Shown here piece after piece: positions 20,132 to 31,380 of a stretch of 64,000 bases of DNA. Made by a program: the position numbers and the translations under genes. Positions within the stretch are counted from its first letter, which is position 1, and the number at the start of each line of letters is the position of its first letter. This stretch comes from an uncultured Acidobacteriota bacterium (GTDB lineage Bacteria; Acidobacteriota; UBA6911), in NCBI GenBank assembly GCA_963843575.1, contig CAWJKZ010000023.1:1-64000 (forward strand), given 5' to 3'. The notes beneath the pieces are model-generated. The model did not search any database, was not told the origin of the DNA, and worked only from the letters and a program-made list of their open reading frames with translations.

Positions 20132-22426
20132 ATGAGAAGACTTCATCCTTGCGATCGGGGCGCACTCGCTTGCTGTGTGACGGCAATTGTTTTTGCGACG
20201 CTTTGCTGCACAGGTTCGCACATCTCGGCTCAGCAGGGGTCAGGAATTGACCTTGCCGAGAAGAGAGCCCTTTGGACCCCTGTCGGGCTTACCGGTGGAG
20301 GCGCGATGTACATGCCCTCCATTTCACCGCACGATCCCAATCTCATTCTTGTTACCTGCGACATGAGCGGTGCATATCGCACCACTGACGGGGGCAAAAC
20401 GTGGGACATGATCCATTACGAATATCTGCTCGGGTCCACCCGCTGCCGGTCCGTATTTGATCCCCGTGATCCCAACGTCATTTTCGGCGCTCACGGTTAT
20501 CGCGGCGAGTTGCGGGTGAGTCGAGATCGCGGTCAAACCTGGAGTCCGTTGGGGAAAGGCCTGCCGCCAGGGCTTCTGCAACTGGCCATCGACAGTAGGG
20601 GAGGTTTCCTTCTCGCGGGCACCCAGGCAGGGATCTATTATTCTGCTGACAGCGGGCAGAACTGGACGCAGGGTACAGGCTTCACTGGTCGTCCAGTCGG
20701 CCTGCATATCGGCCGGCCCGACTCCCGCGGGCAGAGGCGCTGCTTCGCCGCCTCCACCAAGGCCTTCTTTCGGTCCCTCGACGGCGGAGTGACCTGGGAA
20801 AGGACTGGAAAGGGTCTGCCCGAGAAGCCTCTGGTGGACTTCGCCGCGGGTTCCACACCCGATCGGTCAACACTCTATTGCGTCTCCGAGGGTGAGATTG
20901 CCGGCGGCCAATACGTCGGCGGGATCTATCGCTCCACTGACGGCGGAGAGACCTGGAAGCAGGCCATGGGCAAGGGGATTGAGGTTGCCGAGAGGGTGAT
21001 CGTAAGAGGAGAAAATCGCTCCGTCATCGTTCCCGGTTATAGCTTTGTGGTGACTAACAATGTGCGGCCGGAGACCGTTTATGTTGCCCAGTCCCGGCCC
21101 GGCCAGGTCTATCGCAGTGACGACGCAGGTGAAACATGGCGGCCTACCTACTTCGCCAATCCGAATGAAGAGGGCTTCAACGTCGAACCGAGTTACTCCA
21201 TGGCTGAGACTGGGCGCGGCGGCAGCACGGCGTCAGGGCTGGGTATTCATCCCACGGACCCAGAGACCGTTGTAATGACGGACTGGTTCAAGTGTCAGGT
21301 CACCAGGGATGGCGGCAAGAGCTGGCAGACCCTCCATACTCGGAGCGCTGAGCCGGAACGTCTCCTGGCCAAGGGACAAAGGTGGATCAACAACGGGTTG
21401 GTCGTTACCACTGTCTGGCACCATTACATCGATCCGTTTGAACGGAATCGCCGCTACATCGCATACACCGACGTGAAATTTGCCCGGAGTGTGGATGCGG
21501 GCAAAACGTGGATTTCCGATTTTGCGGCACCGCTGCGCAACACCACCTACGAGCTGGCCTTCGATCCGGAGATACCGGGCAAGATCTGGGGAGCCTTTGC
21601 CGACATGCACGACATTCCCAACGGCAACATCATCCACGGGAGGCACTATCGGGAGCAGTCGGGCGGCGGGGTGGGAATCAGCGAAGATTTCGCGGTTACC
21701 TGGAAGGATACCTCCGAGGGCCTTCCGAAGGAACCGGTGACCTCCATTGTGCTTGACCCGAAGAGCGCGACGAATGCCCGAGTCCTTTATGCGTCACTGT
21801 TCGAAGCAGGGGTGTTCAAATCGGTGGACGGAGGCAAGAGCTGGCTCAAGAAGTCCGAGGGTCTTGGTGCGCCCGACAAGAACATGCGCGCCTGTCGGTT
21901 GATTCTGCATCCCGATGGGACGCTCTTCTGTCTGGTCACGGCGTTAGTGAAGGATGGAAAGTTCCAGCCGGAAGGTCCGGGGCTTTATTGCTCGAAGGAC
22001 GGCGCCGAATCCTGGAGATATCTCAATAGATCTCAGCCCTTGTTGTGGCCGAAAGATTATGACGTTGACCCGCGTGACAGCAACGTCATCTACCTGGGCG
22101 CCGCCGACGCCGATCGGAAGCCGGAGGGCGGCCTGTACAAGACGTCGGACGGCGGTCTTACGTGGAGCCTCATTGCGCGAAAGGGGCCGGAGACCTTCGG
22201 GGCTACTGTCCATCCGAAGCGGCCGGACTGGGTCTATATGTGTCTCACAGAGAGTGCTCCGGGCCCCGGCCTCTGGTTAAGCAAGGATGCCGGAAAGAGC
22301 TGGAAGCCGTTCCTGGGCATCCCCTTCCGTAACATCCAACGCGTCTCCTTCGACGAGGCCGACGAGTCGTTGATCTACGTCAACACGTTCGGCGGAAGCA
22401 TTTGGAAAGGGCCCGCGGACGAATAG
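20132..22426 (+). CDS. Exported BNR/Asp-box (VPS10/GH74-like) beta-propeller protein
   Basis: Signal peptide, GGGAMY.PSISPHDPN..LVTCDMSGAYRTTDGGKTW and many S.DGG.TW Asp boxes. Confidence 0.88.
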   Translation: MRRLHPCDRGALACCVTAIVFATLCCTGSHISAQQGSGIDLAEKRALWTPVGLTGGGAMYMPSISPHDPNLILVTCDMSGAYRTTDGGKTWDMIHYEYLLGSTRCRSVFDPRDPNVIFGAHGYRGELRVSRDRGQTWSPLGKGLPPGLLQLAIDSRGGFLLAGTQAGIYYSADSGQNWTQGTGFTGRPVGLHIGRPDSRGQRRCFAASTKAFFRSLDGGVTWERTGKGLPEKPLVDFAAGSTPDRSTLYCVSEGEIAGGQYVGGIYRSTDGGETWKQAMGKGIEVAERVIVRGENRSVIVPGYSFVVTNNVRPETVYVAQSRPGQVYRSDDAGETWRPTYFANPNEEGFNVEPSYSMAETGRGGSTASGLGIHPTDPETVVMTDWFKCQVTRDGGKSWQTLHTRSAEPERLLAKGQRWINNGLVVTTVWHHYIDPFERNRRYIAYTDVKFARSVDAGKTWISDFAAPLRNTTYELAFDPEIPGKIWGAFADMHDIPNGNIIHGRHYREQSGGGVGISEDFAVTWKDTSEGLPKEPVTSIVLDPKSATNARVLYASLFEAGVFKSVDGGKSWLKKSEGLGAPDKNMRACRLILHPDGTLFCLVTALVKDGKFQPEGPGLYCSKDGAESWRYLNRSQPLLWPKDYDVDPRDSNVIYLGAADADRKPEGGLYKTSDGGLTWSLIARKGPETFGATVHPKRPDWVYMCLTESAPGPGLWLSKDAGKSWKPFLGIPFRNIQRVSFDEADESLIYVNTFGGSIWKGPADE

Positions 22427-22578
22427 CCGGGAACGCAGGTCGGGCCGCATACGCTTGCGCTGACGCTGGACATTCCCAGCGGCAAGACCGGCGACTCGGT
22501 CAAGCCGGAGTTGCTGGCACGCGCCAAGATGATTGTGGCGAAGGTGCGTTGAGTTTCGCGGCACCGCGTGCTGCCAGC

Positions 22579-23928
22579 TCAGACGAGACCACGCTCCCCG
22601 GCAAGTTCATCGATTGCCCGCGCGAGCGCGCGGGTGCATTGCCGCAGGTCGTCTTCGCTTGAGACGAGCGGAGGCGCAATTTCGATCGCCGTCCCGATCG
22701 CACCGACCAGCACTCCGTGCTGACGCGTCCGCCGCGCGATCTGCTTGACGGTGTCATCTTGAAACGCGGCCCTCGTGGATTTGTCGGCGGTGAAGTCGAT
22801 CGCCTGCCAGAAGCCCCGCCCCCGGATGTCCCCGACGACCGGGTGATTCCCGAATGCGGCTTTCATGTCGTCCTGCCACGCTTTACCGAGCGCGTCCGAG
22901 CGTTCGACGAGCCCATCGCGTTTCATGATTTCGATGACCTTGAGCGCGACGGCACACGAGACCGCATGTCCGCTGTAGGTGTGAACATGCCGGAAATGCC
23001 TGATGCCGTCGGCGATTTCGTCGCGGGTGATGACGGCGCCGATGGGCGCGTAGCCGGCCCCCATCGATTTCGCCACATTCATGATGTCGGGCTCGATCCC
23101 GATCTGTTCGGTGGCGAACCACGTACCGGTGCGACCGAATCCTGTGATGACCTCATCGATGACCAAAATGATTCCATATTTGTCGCAAAGCTGTCGGACC
23201 TTCTTCCAGTAGCTTGGCAACGGAATCTGGACACCGTTGGCCTGCTGAAAGGGCTCGCCGATAAATGCCGCAACCAGCTCGGGGTCCTCGAGCTGGATCT
23301 GCCTCTCGAGGTGCGCCACGCAGACATCCGAGTAGGTTTCCTCATCGAGGCCGAAGGGATTGCGATATCGCATGGGATTTGCGACGAAGCTGTGCCCGGG
23401 CACGCGCGGATCCGGCACGTCGCGCACGGGCAGCCAATCGGTGCACGACAGGGCAGCCATCGTCGCCCCGTGATAGGAGTTCCAGCGGGAGATCACCTTG
23501 AACGCGCGAGGCTTCTTCCCACTCTGTTGCAGGTACTGCTTGGCAATCTTGAGCGCGGTCTCGGTCGCTTCCGATCCGCCGCTGGTGAAGGTCACCTTGT
23601 TGAGTCGGCCCGGCGTGATCGCGGCAAGCTTCTCGGCAAGCAGGGCGGCAGGCACGCTTGTCATGCGACCGGAACCGGAATAGTGCATCTGGACGGCCTG
23701 GTCGTACATCGCCTGAGCGATTTCCTTGTTGCCGTAGCCGAGGGATGCTGCCCGGGTGACCGCGCTCATCATGTCGAGATAGTTGTTCCCGTACTGGTCG
23801 GTCACGGTGACGCCATCGCCCCTGACCAGAATCGTGGGACCATCGGCGTCGAGATCATCCTTCGGGACAAGCGGGAATATCGTGTGGGCGAGGCTGATCT
23901 TCGTCAGATCATCAAGTCTTCCGGGCAT
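22579..23928 (-). CDS. Class III aminotransferase (omega-transaminase-like)
   Basis: FTSGGSEATETA, SYHGAT, DEVITGFGRTG, PLP lysine in VAKSM, HTYSGH. Confidence 0.92.
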   Translation of the reverse strand: MPGRLDDLTKISLAHTIFPLVPKDDLDADGPTILVRGDGVTVTDQYGNNYLDMMSAVTRAASLGYGNKEIAQAMYDQAVQMHYSGSGRMTSVPAALLAEKLAAITPGRLNKVTFTSGGSEATETALKIAKQYLQQSGKKPRAFKVISRWNSYHGATMAALSCTDWLPVRDVPDPRVPGHSFVANPMRYRNPFGLDEETYSDVCVAHLERQIQLEDPELVAAFIGEPFQQANGVQIPLPSYWKKVRQLCDKYGIILVIDEVITGFGRTGTWFATEQIGIEPDIMNVAKSMGAGYAPIGAVITRDEIADGIRHFRHVHTYSGHAVSCAVALKVIEIMKRDGLVERSDALGKAWQDDMKAAFGNHPVVGDIRGRGFWQAIDFTADKSTRAAFQDDTVKQIARRTRQHGVLVGAIGTAIEIAPPLVSSEDDLRQCTRALARAIDELAGERGLV

Positions 23929-24364
23929 GGTTCCGATCCTTTCGACCTCGGGAGATGCCATACTGTTCTGACACCCTGTCTTCCACCGGCCTGAACATAT
24001 AGGACTTTCTGTGCTGGAGCACAAGCGGAAAGTCGATCGGGTCCGTGACGAACGACAATTGCCGACCCCGTAGTCAGATTTCGAGCGAGCCCATGCGCCG
24101 TGACCGGTCCTTTGAAGGGCTGTCAAGGACAGCTCAGGAGCACTCGTCTTCTGGGATTTGAAGGTCGCACGCCTGCAGAGGGGCGCTGTCCCCGGCCTTG
24201 GCAGACGAGTCGGGTCTCGCTTCCGGCCGTCGTGAGGTCATCAACCGCCGCACGACGAACTCGCTTCCCTTCCTTCGCCCACGCTCCCGCCGTGCAGCCC
24301 CGCCATTTGGCGCATCACAGCAGAATGCCGATTTCCACTCCGCGTACCGGGTTGTCGGAGCCCG

Positions 24365-24600
24365 TTGATGATGGCCTGGGCTCAGGCGATCAACGAATCA
24401 GCCGTTGCTGCGTCCAGTCGGCCGCTTCGCTCAAGCGCTCATACCTCATTGATGAACGCGTTGAGCTGGCCGCTTGCCGCGTTAGAATTCCCCGGCGCCA
24501 GAGATCGTTGTGCCTGGTTCGTCACATCCTGCAGAAAGCTGTTCGTAGAATTGGCATTCGCGCGCAACTGTGTAATCTCGCCAGCCGATGCCAGGTAATA
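24365..24600 (-). pseudogene. FIMAH-like helical domain remnant with two in-frame stops
   Basis: AASGQLNAFINEV*ALERSGRLDAATADSLIA*AQAII resembles the QL.AFINEV....I....A..LI helical tail found on secreted proteins. Confidence 0.5.
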
Positions 24601-24627
24601 GCTGCCCGATATCGCGGCATACTCATA

Positions 24628-25701
24628 CTATTTATATAGGCCGTCAATGTACCCACTCTGGTCCAACTGACGGACAAAGCTGTCGTTGTAGTAGTCCTCG
24701 AGCTTGTGTTTCCGCATCTCCGGGTTGTCGAAGAATACCACCATTTTCTTGAGTCCTTCGTACGGCGGATACGGCTTGCTCGGCAGGAGGGAAACCTTCT
24801 TGTAGAAATAATCCTGCAGCTTGGGATCTTTCACGTCGTACCACTTCGCCATGGCGTTACTCGCGACTTTCTTGTCCTGTTTCAGAAGCGCGAGTGCATC
24901 AACCAGGGACTTGACCAGCCTGCGCGCCGCTTCTTGGTTCGTGGTGAGCCAGAGCCGATCGACCATCATGGAGGAGCCAGCCATGGGCATCTTGTACTTG
25001 CTCAAGTCCACGAGATCTTTCAATCCATCCGCGACGGCCATCGTCTCATAGAGCTCAGACGCGACAAATGCGTCGACCTTGCCAGCCTTTAATCCAGGGA
25101 TGTTGCCGGACCCGGCAATAAGGAAGATGTCACGATCCGGCTTCCAACCCATGGCTTGGGCAAAGCTCAGCGCGGCGAGATGAGTCGTCGCACCGTTTCC
25201 CGAGTATCCAAGCCTCTTGCCCTTGAGTTGGTCAACTGCCGTGATGTCCTGCCGACAGATGATGTGGGTACGAACCATGTGATCAGTACATGCCAGGACG
25301 ACGGACTCCGGAGTGCCACTGACGGTCGTATACCTCACGATCGTGGGGCAAGCGCCTCCTATAGATATAGGAAGGTTGGGTCCGCCATCTTTGAGGATAT
25401 ATTTGTCCGGTACGATGACGCCGTTACGACGCGCAACCGCTGCTGCTCCATCGCCTATGAACTGCTCCACCTCCAGGCCGTTTTTCGTGTAAATCCCCTC
25501 TTCCAGCGCAACCACGTAAGGTAGCTTGTTTAGAGAGACGTCCGCCAACTTCACCCGAATTTTGAGGGGGGTATTCTGTCCCAAGGCAAGAGGAAGTGCC
25601 GTCAGAAGAATCAATATGAGCGGGACGGAGGCGACGACCCTCGCGGTGGTGGTCTTCACGCAATGGTTGAGTGTTAGAGTTCTGCATGAGATTCTCTTCA
25701 T
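24628..25701 (-). CDS. ABC substrate-binding protein, SsuA/NMT1-THI5 family (orphan)
   Basis: Signal peptide, LPYVVALEEGIYTKNGLEVE, DQLKGKRLG, GKVDA and YYNDSFVRQLDQSGYIDGLY. Confidence 0.85.
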   Translation of the reverse strand: MKRISCRTLTLNHCVKTTTARVVASVPLILILLTALPLALGQNTPLKIRVKLADVSLNKLPYVVALEEGIYTKNGLEVEQFIGDGAAAVARRNGVIVPDKYILKDGGPNLPISIGGACPTIVRYTTVSGTPESVVLACTDHMVRTHIICRQDITAVDQLKGKRLGYSGNGATTHLAALSFAQAMGWKPDRDIFLIAGSGNIPGLKAGKVDAFVASELYETMAVADGLKDLVDLSKYKMPMAGSSMMVDRLWLTTNQEAARRLVKSLVDALALLKQDKKVASNAMAKWYDVKDPKLQDYFYKKVSLLPSKPYPPYEGLKKMVVFFDNPEMRKHKLEDYYNDSFVRQLDQSGYIDGLYK

Positions 25702-25785
25702 TTCCGACACCCCAGGTAAAAGGACGTTAGAGATCGAATAAAGCATACAGGGTCCTGCGTTCGCGCTTCGCGCATAATATCACGG

Positions 25786-26500
25786 TCATTGAACGGGCTG
25801 CGGGGACAGCACCCGTTCGAACACCTGTTTGGCGAACTTAATGTTGTCCGAGCCCTTGGCCTCGATTGCGTAGTATCCCCTATAACCCATGTCATGGCAG
25901 ACACGGATCATTCGTTCGAACAGTTCCAGATTAGGCTGTTCTTTGTACGACATACCCTTGGCAAAAGGGAGGAGACTTTTCAGATAGGCGAGGTTGTCGA
26001 AAACCGATGGTTCGCGCCACCGCCAGTCGATATAGGATCCGAAATAGAGACTGTCGATTTGCCGAATTAGTCCAATCATCCACTCGGCGTCGTCAGAGAG
26101 CCCACCGTGGTTTTCAATCACCACGCTGACTTTGGCGGGCACGGCATACTCCAGAAGCCGACCATAGGTTTCCACCGCCCGATCGAGGGCATCCCGCTTG
26201 GATATGCCCTCTGATCCCCGGCAATTCGTCCGGATGGAATGGCAGCCAAGAAACTGGGCGATGTCAATCCACTTCCGATGATTTGCGACGAACTGTTCCC
26301 TCTCTTTGCTGGAAGTCTCTACAGGATCACCTTCGTCATCCACCATCAGGACGAGCATGCGGACGTCGTACTTTGCCGCATTGTCCTTAAGCTTTCTGAG
26401 ATATCCGTAGGTTGGAACCTCAAACAGGGTGTTCACGAATTCAATCGCGCCTATGCCGAACTCCTCGCGCGCAATCCTGGGGAAGTCCAGGTTGGTGAAC
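25786..26500 (-). pseudogene. Sugar-phosphate isomerase/epimerase (AP_endonuc_2 TIM barrel), 5'-truncated
   Basis: FTNLDFPRIAREEFGIGAIEFVN..., LGCHSIRTN, IENHGG and GYYAIE; the usual N-terminus is absent. Confidence 0.7.
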
Positions 26501-26810
26501 TGTAAACCAGAACAGCACCGATTTCCAGGCGGATGTCAGGGGACCATCCGAGATAGATGCCCGCCATGCCTTGGCACTTAACTACATGTGGGAGCCCTCA
26601 TTCCGTCGCGGCCCGGCATCTCTGCTCAAATCGTGGCGATTTTCCGGGTCCACGGTCTTTCGCACCGGCAACTGGTTCAATCTGTGGCCCCGGTTGCGGC
26701 AACCTCGACGGAGAATCGGATGATCGCCCCAATATCCTGAAAGCATTTTTTGGTTCGGATATTGAACCTGGCGGCCGAGGGAATCTGGGATTTCGCGTTT
26801 TCAGGAAACA

Positions 26811-27272
26811 TTGGTGTATGTTATGAGTGGGCATTGCGACCCGAAACTCATGGCGATTCGCCTGGGACGGGAAGGCGACCTCACAGGAACCGACGCGGTG
26901 GCGTGGACACACAATCGCGGCATGTCCTATACATCGTCGCCCGTCCTGCATGAGGGCAGATTGTATACCCTGACCGACAACGGCCTGCTCAGCTGCTTCA
27001 ATGCCGCGTCGGGCGAACCGGTTTACCAGCAGAAACGACTGCCGGTGCCGGACAGTTACAAGGCTTCCCCCATCGCCGCCGATGGAAAGCTCTATCTTGC
27101 GAGTGAGAGCGGGGTGGTCACTGTTATAAGGATGGGCGACCAGTATGAGGTGCTAGCGACAAACTCGCTGGAAGATCAGATGTTTGTCGCCTCGCCGGTT
27201 GTTGCCGACGGCGAGCTGTTCCTGCGCAGCAAAACCCACGTTTTTGCGATCGGTCAGGGCACTTCGAATTGA
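26811..27272 (+). pseudogene. PQQ-like beta-propeller, C-terminal fragment
   Basis: SSPVLHEGRLY, YKASPIAADGKLY and ASPVVADGELFLRS: only the last blades are present. Confidence 0.75.
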
Positions 27273-27321
27273 TCCGGATGTTGAACACGGAGCGAACTTG
27301 AATCGAGGAGGATGACTACAG

Positions 27322-28808
27322 ATGATCGCGCAATGGTCCGGAGCTCCGGGATTTGTGCTGCTTTGCCCCAAAGCCCTCCTGTGGGCCATGGCAGGCTGTG
27401 CGCTGGTGTCTCCCGCCCTGAGTCAGGATCGGGTCAGGATCGTTCCCGAGCGCACAGACGAGCTGCTGGTCAACCCGGGCAAAGGCTTCGCCACATTCCA
27501 GCATTTTAACGGCGACCCGCTGTTCCCGGGACGGTGGAACGAGCAGGGCCCCTTGACGTTTTCCGAAGAGATCAGGACGTTGCAGAATTTGGATTATCCA
27601 CCCACGAGCCTCGCTTACTGCCGCTGGTACTGGGATGTGCTGGAGCCGGAAAAAGGGAAGTACGCCTGGAACATCGTGGACAACGCCCTGCTCCAGGCCC
27701 GCCGCCACGGCCAGACTCTGCAGATTCGGTTCATGCCGCAGTCGATGGTCGGAACCCAGATACCCAAGTGGTACATCGAGGAAGCCAGGGGTTTCTGGGT
27801 GCAGGAGACCGAGCGCGGCACTCCGGAAGAGCGTAAACAGAAAGTGTGGCAACCCGACTACCTCGACCCGAAATTTCTGGAATACTGGGGGCGCTCATCC
27901 GGGAGGGCGGGCGTCGTTATGACGGTCACCCATGGCTCGAGTCCGTGGATCTCGGCGCGCTTGGATTCTGGGGCGAGTGGCATACCTATACCCGACCGGC
28001 GATGATGCCGCCCTGGGACATAAAGAAGAAGTTGATCGATATCTACCTGGAGTCATTCAAAAAGACGCCCCTGTTGATGCTGATAGGGGACGAGCAGGGC
28101 CTGGCTTATGCAACCGGACGCGGTGCTGGCTGGCGCGCCGACAGCCTCGGCGATCCCAAGTACTGCGCGCCCTGGTGCGAAATGATCGACCGCTATCCGC
28201 AGCGGATTTCCGCATCCGGAGCCACGGAGGCCTGGAAGACCGCCCCGGTCGTATTCGAAGTCGCGCGTACCTTTGCCGACCATTTCAAATCCGGATGGGA
28301 TATCGACAACACTATCGAGGAGGCCCTTCGCTGGCACGTGAGTTCCGTGAACGCGAAGAGTTCGGCCATACCCCGGGAGTGGCTCCCGAAGTTCAATGAG
28401 TTCACGAAACGAATGGGCTATCGGCTGGAACTGCGGCGCTGCGAATACCAGGCACGCGTTCGTGCGGGCAGCCTGATGCCTGTTCAAATGTGGTGGGTGA
28501 ATGTCGGGGTGGCTCCCCCATACCGTCGCTATGTGCCGGCGATTGAACTGAAGAACGAAGGTGGGTCGGCGGTCATCCGGCTCAACTCCGACGTGACCCG
28601 ATGGCTGCCCGGCAACGACGTCGTTCTGGACGAAAACGTCTGGATCCCCGAACTTGGACCCGGGACGTACGAAGTTCGCGTCGGGCTTCTGGACCCGTTC
28701 ACCGGCAAGCCCGCCATCAAACTCCCCCTCAAGGGGCGCACCGAGGATAACTGGCACCCCCTCGGTCGAATTGAGATTCTGCCCTGGAAACTGGGGCTGC
28801 AGGACTAG
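27322..28808 (+). CDS. DUF4832-domain glycoside-hydrolase-like protein (GH42-like N-terminus), frameshift at G-run near 27890
   Basis: LLVNPGKG, AYCRWYWDVLEPEKGKYAW, RYDGHP, GFWGEWH, GWRADSLG, RMGYRLEL and NVGVAPPY; one extra G in the tggggg run joins the two ORFs. Confidence 0.8.
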
Positions 28809-29061
28809 GGGCAAGTCCTGTAGTTGCGATACCGATTTCTCGCTGAGCGGAATCGGGCGATGCGCCGCCATTCGACGAGGAAACCAACCCACCGCCCTGT
28901 TCCATCCTGCGCAAAGCGGGGAAGAGTGATCCGGGTTCGAGCCGGAAGGCCCAATCAGCGATTGACTATGGCATCGACATCATGGCAAAAGGGCACCTGC
29001 AGGTGCCTGCGGACCAGGCGAGAGCCTCGATCATCTGTCGAACAGAGGGAGCGTATCACAA

Positions 29062-30154
29062 ATGGCGCATATGACACGCCGTTCATGGATCAAGAGTAAT
29101 GTAGCTGTTGCCGGTGCCGTCAGCGCGGCTTCATCTCTACCCAGGAGCGTTCTGGCAACGCAGCAGGGCAAAATCATATTGTCACACGTCCTGAGTCTGA
29201 ATGAACCTGAACGCTGGAAACTCTGCCTGCAGATGGGTGTCAAACATGTCGTTTCCACTCCCTCGCTGAGTGGCATCGGTCCCGATCAATATGAAGCTGC
29301 GATGAGAAAACATAAAGACGCATGGGCCGAGGCGGGATTCACCGTTGCCGTCTATGAAACCATGACGCCGGTTCCCGCCGATAACATAAGGCGAGGCTCG
29401 GCTGGCCGGGATCAGGAACTCAGAAACTGGATTGCAGTCGTTGAAGCCATGGGTAAGGTCGGCATTCCGGTGCTATGTTACAACCTGGGTCAAGGAGGAA
29501 AGCGAACAAGTAACAAAGTCGTCTTGCGTGGCGGAGCCGTCACAACCGAGCATAATTATGAGGAATCCAAGAAACTCCCTCCTTCAAAGGAGATATACAC
29601 TGAGGACCAGCTGTGGGAAGCCCTGACGTGGCTGATAGAACGCATTATTCCGGTATGTGAAAAAGCAAATGTCAAAATGGGGTATCATCCTAACGATCCC
29701 ACCGTGTCTCCCATATCTCGGTTCCGCGCAGATTATGATCAGCCCCGCGGCCTATCGCCGTTTGTTCTCGATTGCGGACAGTCCTTACAACGGTGTCTCA
29801 TTCTGCCAGGGGAACTTCAGATCGATGAAGTACGCCCCGGGCGAAAGCATATATTCGGTGGCCACGGAATTCGCCGAGAGACGCAAGATTCAATTCGTTC
29901 ACTTCCGTGATGTCGAAGGTACGGCCGAGACTCGCTACCACGAGACATTCCATGACAATGGCCCGACAGATATGGCCAGGATGCTCCAATGCTACAGCAG
30001 AGGCGGATTCGTCGGCCCCTTGCGTACCGACCATGCACCGGCCATGGAGGGCGAGGACTCGCAGGCAAGACCGGGCTATGCAATGCTGGGACATGTTTTC
30101 GCCATCGGGTATACGATAGGTTTGATGCAGGCATTGAATATAGCATATGAGTAG
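29062..30154 (+). CDS. uxuA: Mannonate dehydratase (UxuA)-family protein with Tat-like signal, frameshift near 29710
   Basis: MTRRSWIK twin-Arg leader; LCYN, YHPNDP, NGVSFCQG, VHFRDV, ETFHDNG.TDM, LRTDHAP and FAIGY motifs split over two frames. Confidence 0.8.
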
Positions 30155-30369
30155 ATTGCCTCCGGCAGGACGTGGTTGCCGGGGTCGTTCACTGCCGAAG
30201 GCTCAGCCTTCGCGCTCATCGAACGAACCCAAGCCTCTGCCCCACGAAATAACGGCTGACCAGATTCGGCCACCATGAGAGCCAGCGCCGAAAAGCGCTG
30301 GAGCCGGGCTTCGACACACGCCAAAGGGAATCCGGGGAGACGAATGGGACGCGGTCTGTCACCAGGTCA

Positions 30370-30408
30370 GCATTTGCGTGTATCCGCGCAAATCTGCGTC
30401 CTGGAAAC
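30370..30408 (+). repeat. ATCCGCG-core short tandem repeat (REP-like)
   Basis: tttgcgtg-tatccgcgca-aatctgcgtc-ctggaaac; near-identical to 32618-32653 and 60750-60797. Confidence 0.65.
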
Positions 30409-30551
30409 CTCGGCGTATTTCTGAAGACGAATACTCAGCGCCTGTGTGCTCACGACCTGGGCTTTCCGTGGCTGTGTCAAATTACTGATGCGGCAGGGCC
30501 GATGTGGGCCATAATGGGCCAGCAGTGCCCATACAGAGGAGGTTGTTCGCT

Positions 30552-31238
30552 ATGGCAAATGGTGAACACGTCCAGATGCTCCTCGCCGCAACGGTCTCAA
30601 AGGACTGCCTGACATGGAACCAGTGGAGGTCGGACAACCCCAATCTCGTCCCTGACCTCAGGGGAGCTGATCTTCGCAACGCGAACCTGCGATGCGTCGA
30701 TCTGAGCGCGGCTGACCTGCGGAAGGCAGATCTCAGCAACGCCGTATTGGCTGCCGCAAAACTGGGCGGAACGAAGTTGGAGGATGCGAATCTGTCCGGT
30801 GCGGATCTCACCGGTGCAGACCTGAAATGCGCGCACCTGATGCGCGCCGACATGACTGGTGCAGACCTGAACGGAGCGGATTTGCGATATGCCGATCTGC
30901 GAGGCACGAACTTCCTGGATGCCACACTCTTTGATGCATTGGTGGATCCCGGCGCTCTGAGACGTGCCTTGAATCCGTCGCCGGGCGGCCCGGATCGAAA
31001 GCGCCGCGGCCGCAAGGCCACGGTTCGGCCCGACAAGACGGTCACCCTGATTCGCGATAACCCGCTGCCCGGTTGGGTTGCGGCGGCGGCCAGGCGCCTT
31101 TCGAAGTTGGGCCCGGCATTAGTCAAGCACGAAGAACTGACGACCCTGGGGCTGTCCGGGCACGAAGGGTCCTCGCCAAACCGGAGCGGTGCGCCGCCCA
31201 ATGCAGCGGACCCGCGTCCCGATGAACCTGTGAAATAA
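30552..31238 (+). CDS. Pentapeptide-repeat protein; C-terminus apparently unrelated or degenerate
   Basis: GGAGG RBS; MANGEHVQML...WNQWR..NP...PDLRGADLRNANL followed by about 17 A(D/N)Lxx repeats. Confidence 0.75.
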   Translation: MANGEHVQMLLAATVSKDCLTWNQWRSDNPNLVPDLRGADLRNANLRCVDLSAADLRKADLSNAVLAAAKLGGTKLEDANLSGADLTGADLKCAHLMRADMTGADLNGADLRYADLRGTNFLDATLFDALVDPGALRRALNPSPGGPDRKRRGRKATVRPDKTVTLIRDNPLPGWVAAAARRLSKLGPALVKHEELTTLGLSGHEGSSPNRSGAPPNAADPRPDEPVK

Positions 31239-31380
31239 GAATAGGATGCCCGACAAAGGCCGCCGCATTCCGATCAGAACGGGATGACGAGCTTCTCATC
31301 GTCGAGGTGGCGGGCGGGTCCACAGTCCCTCTCCTCCCGTCCCGGCTCAGCCATTCCGACGCCCCACACGTGCAGGTTCG

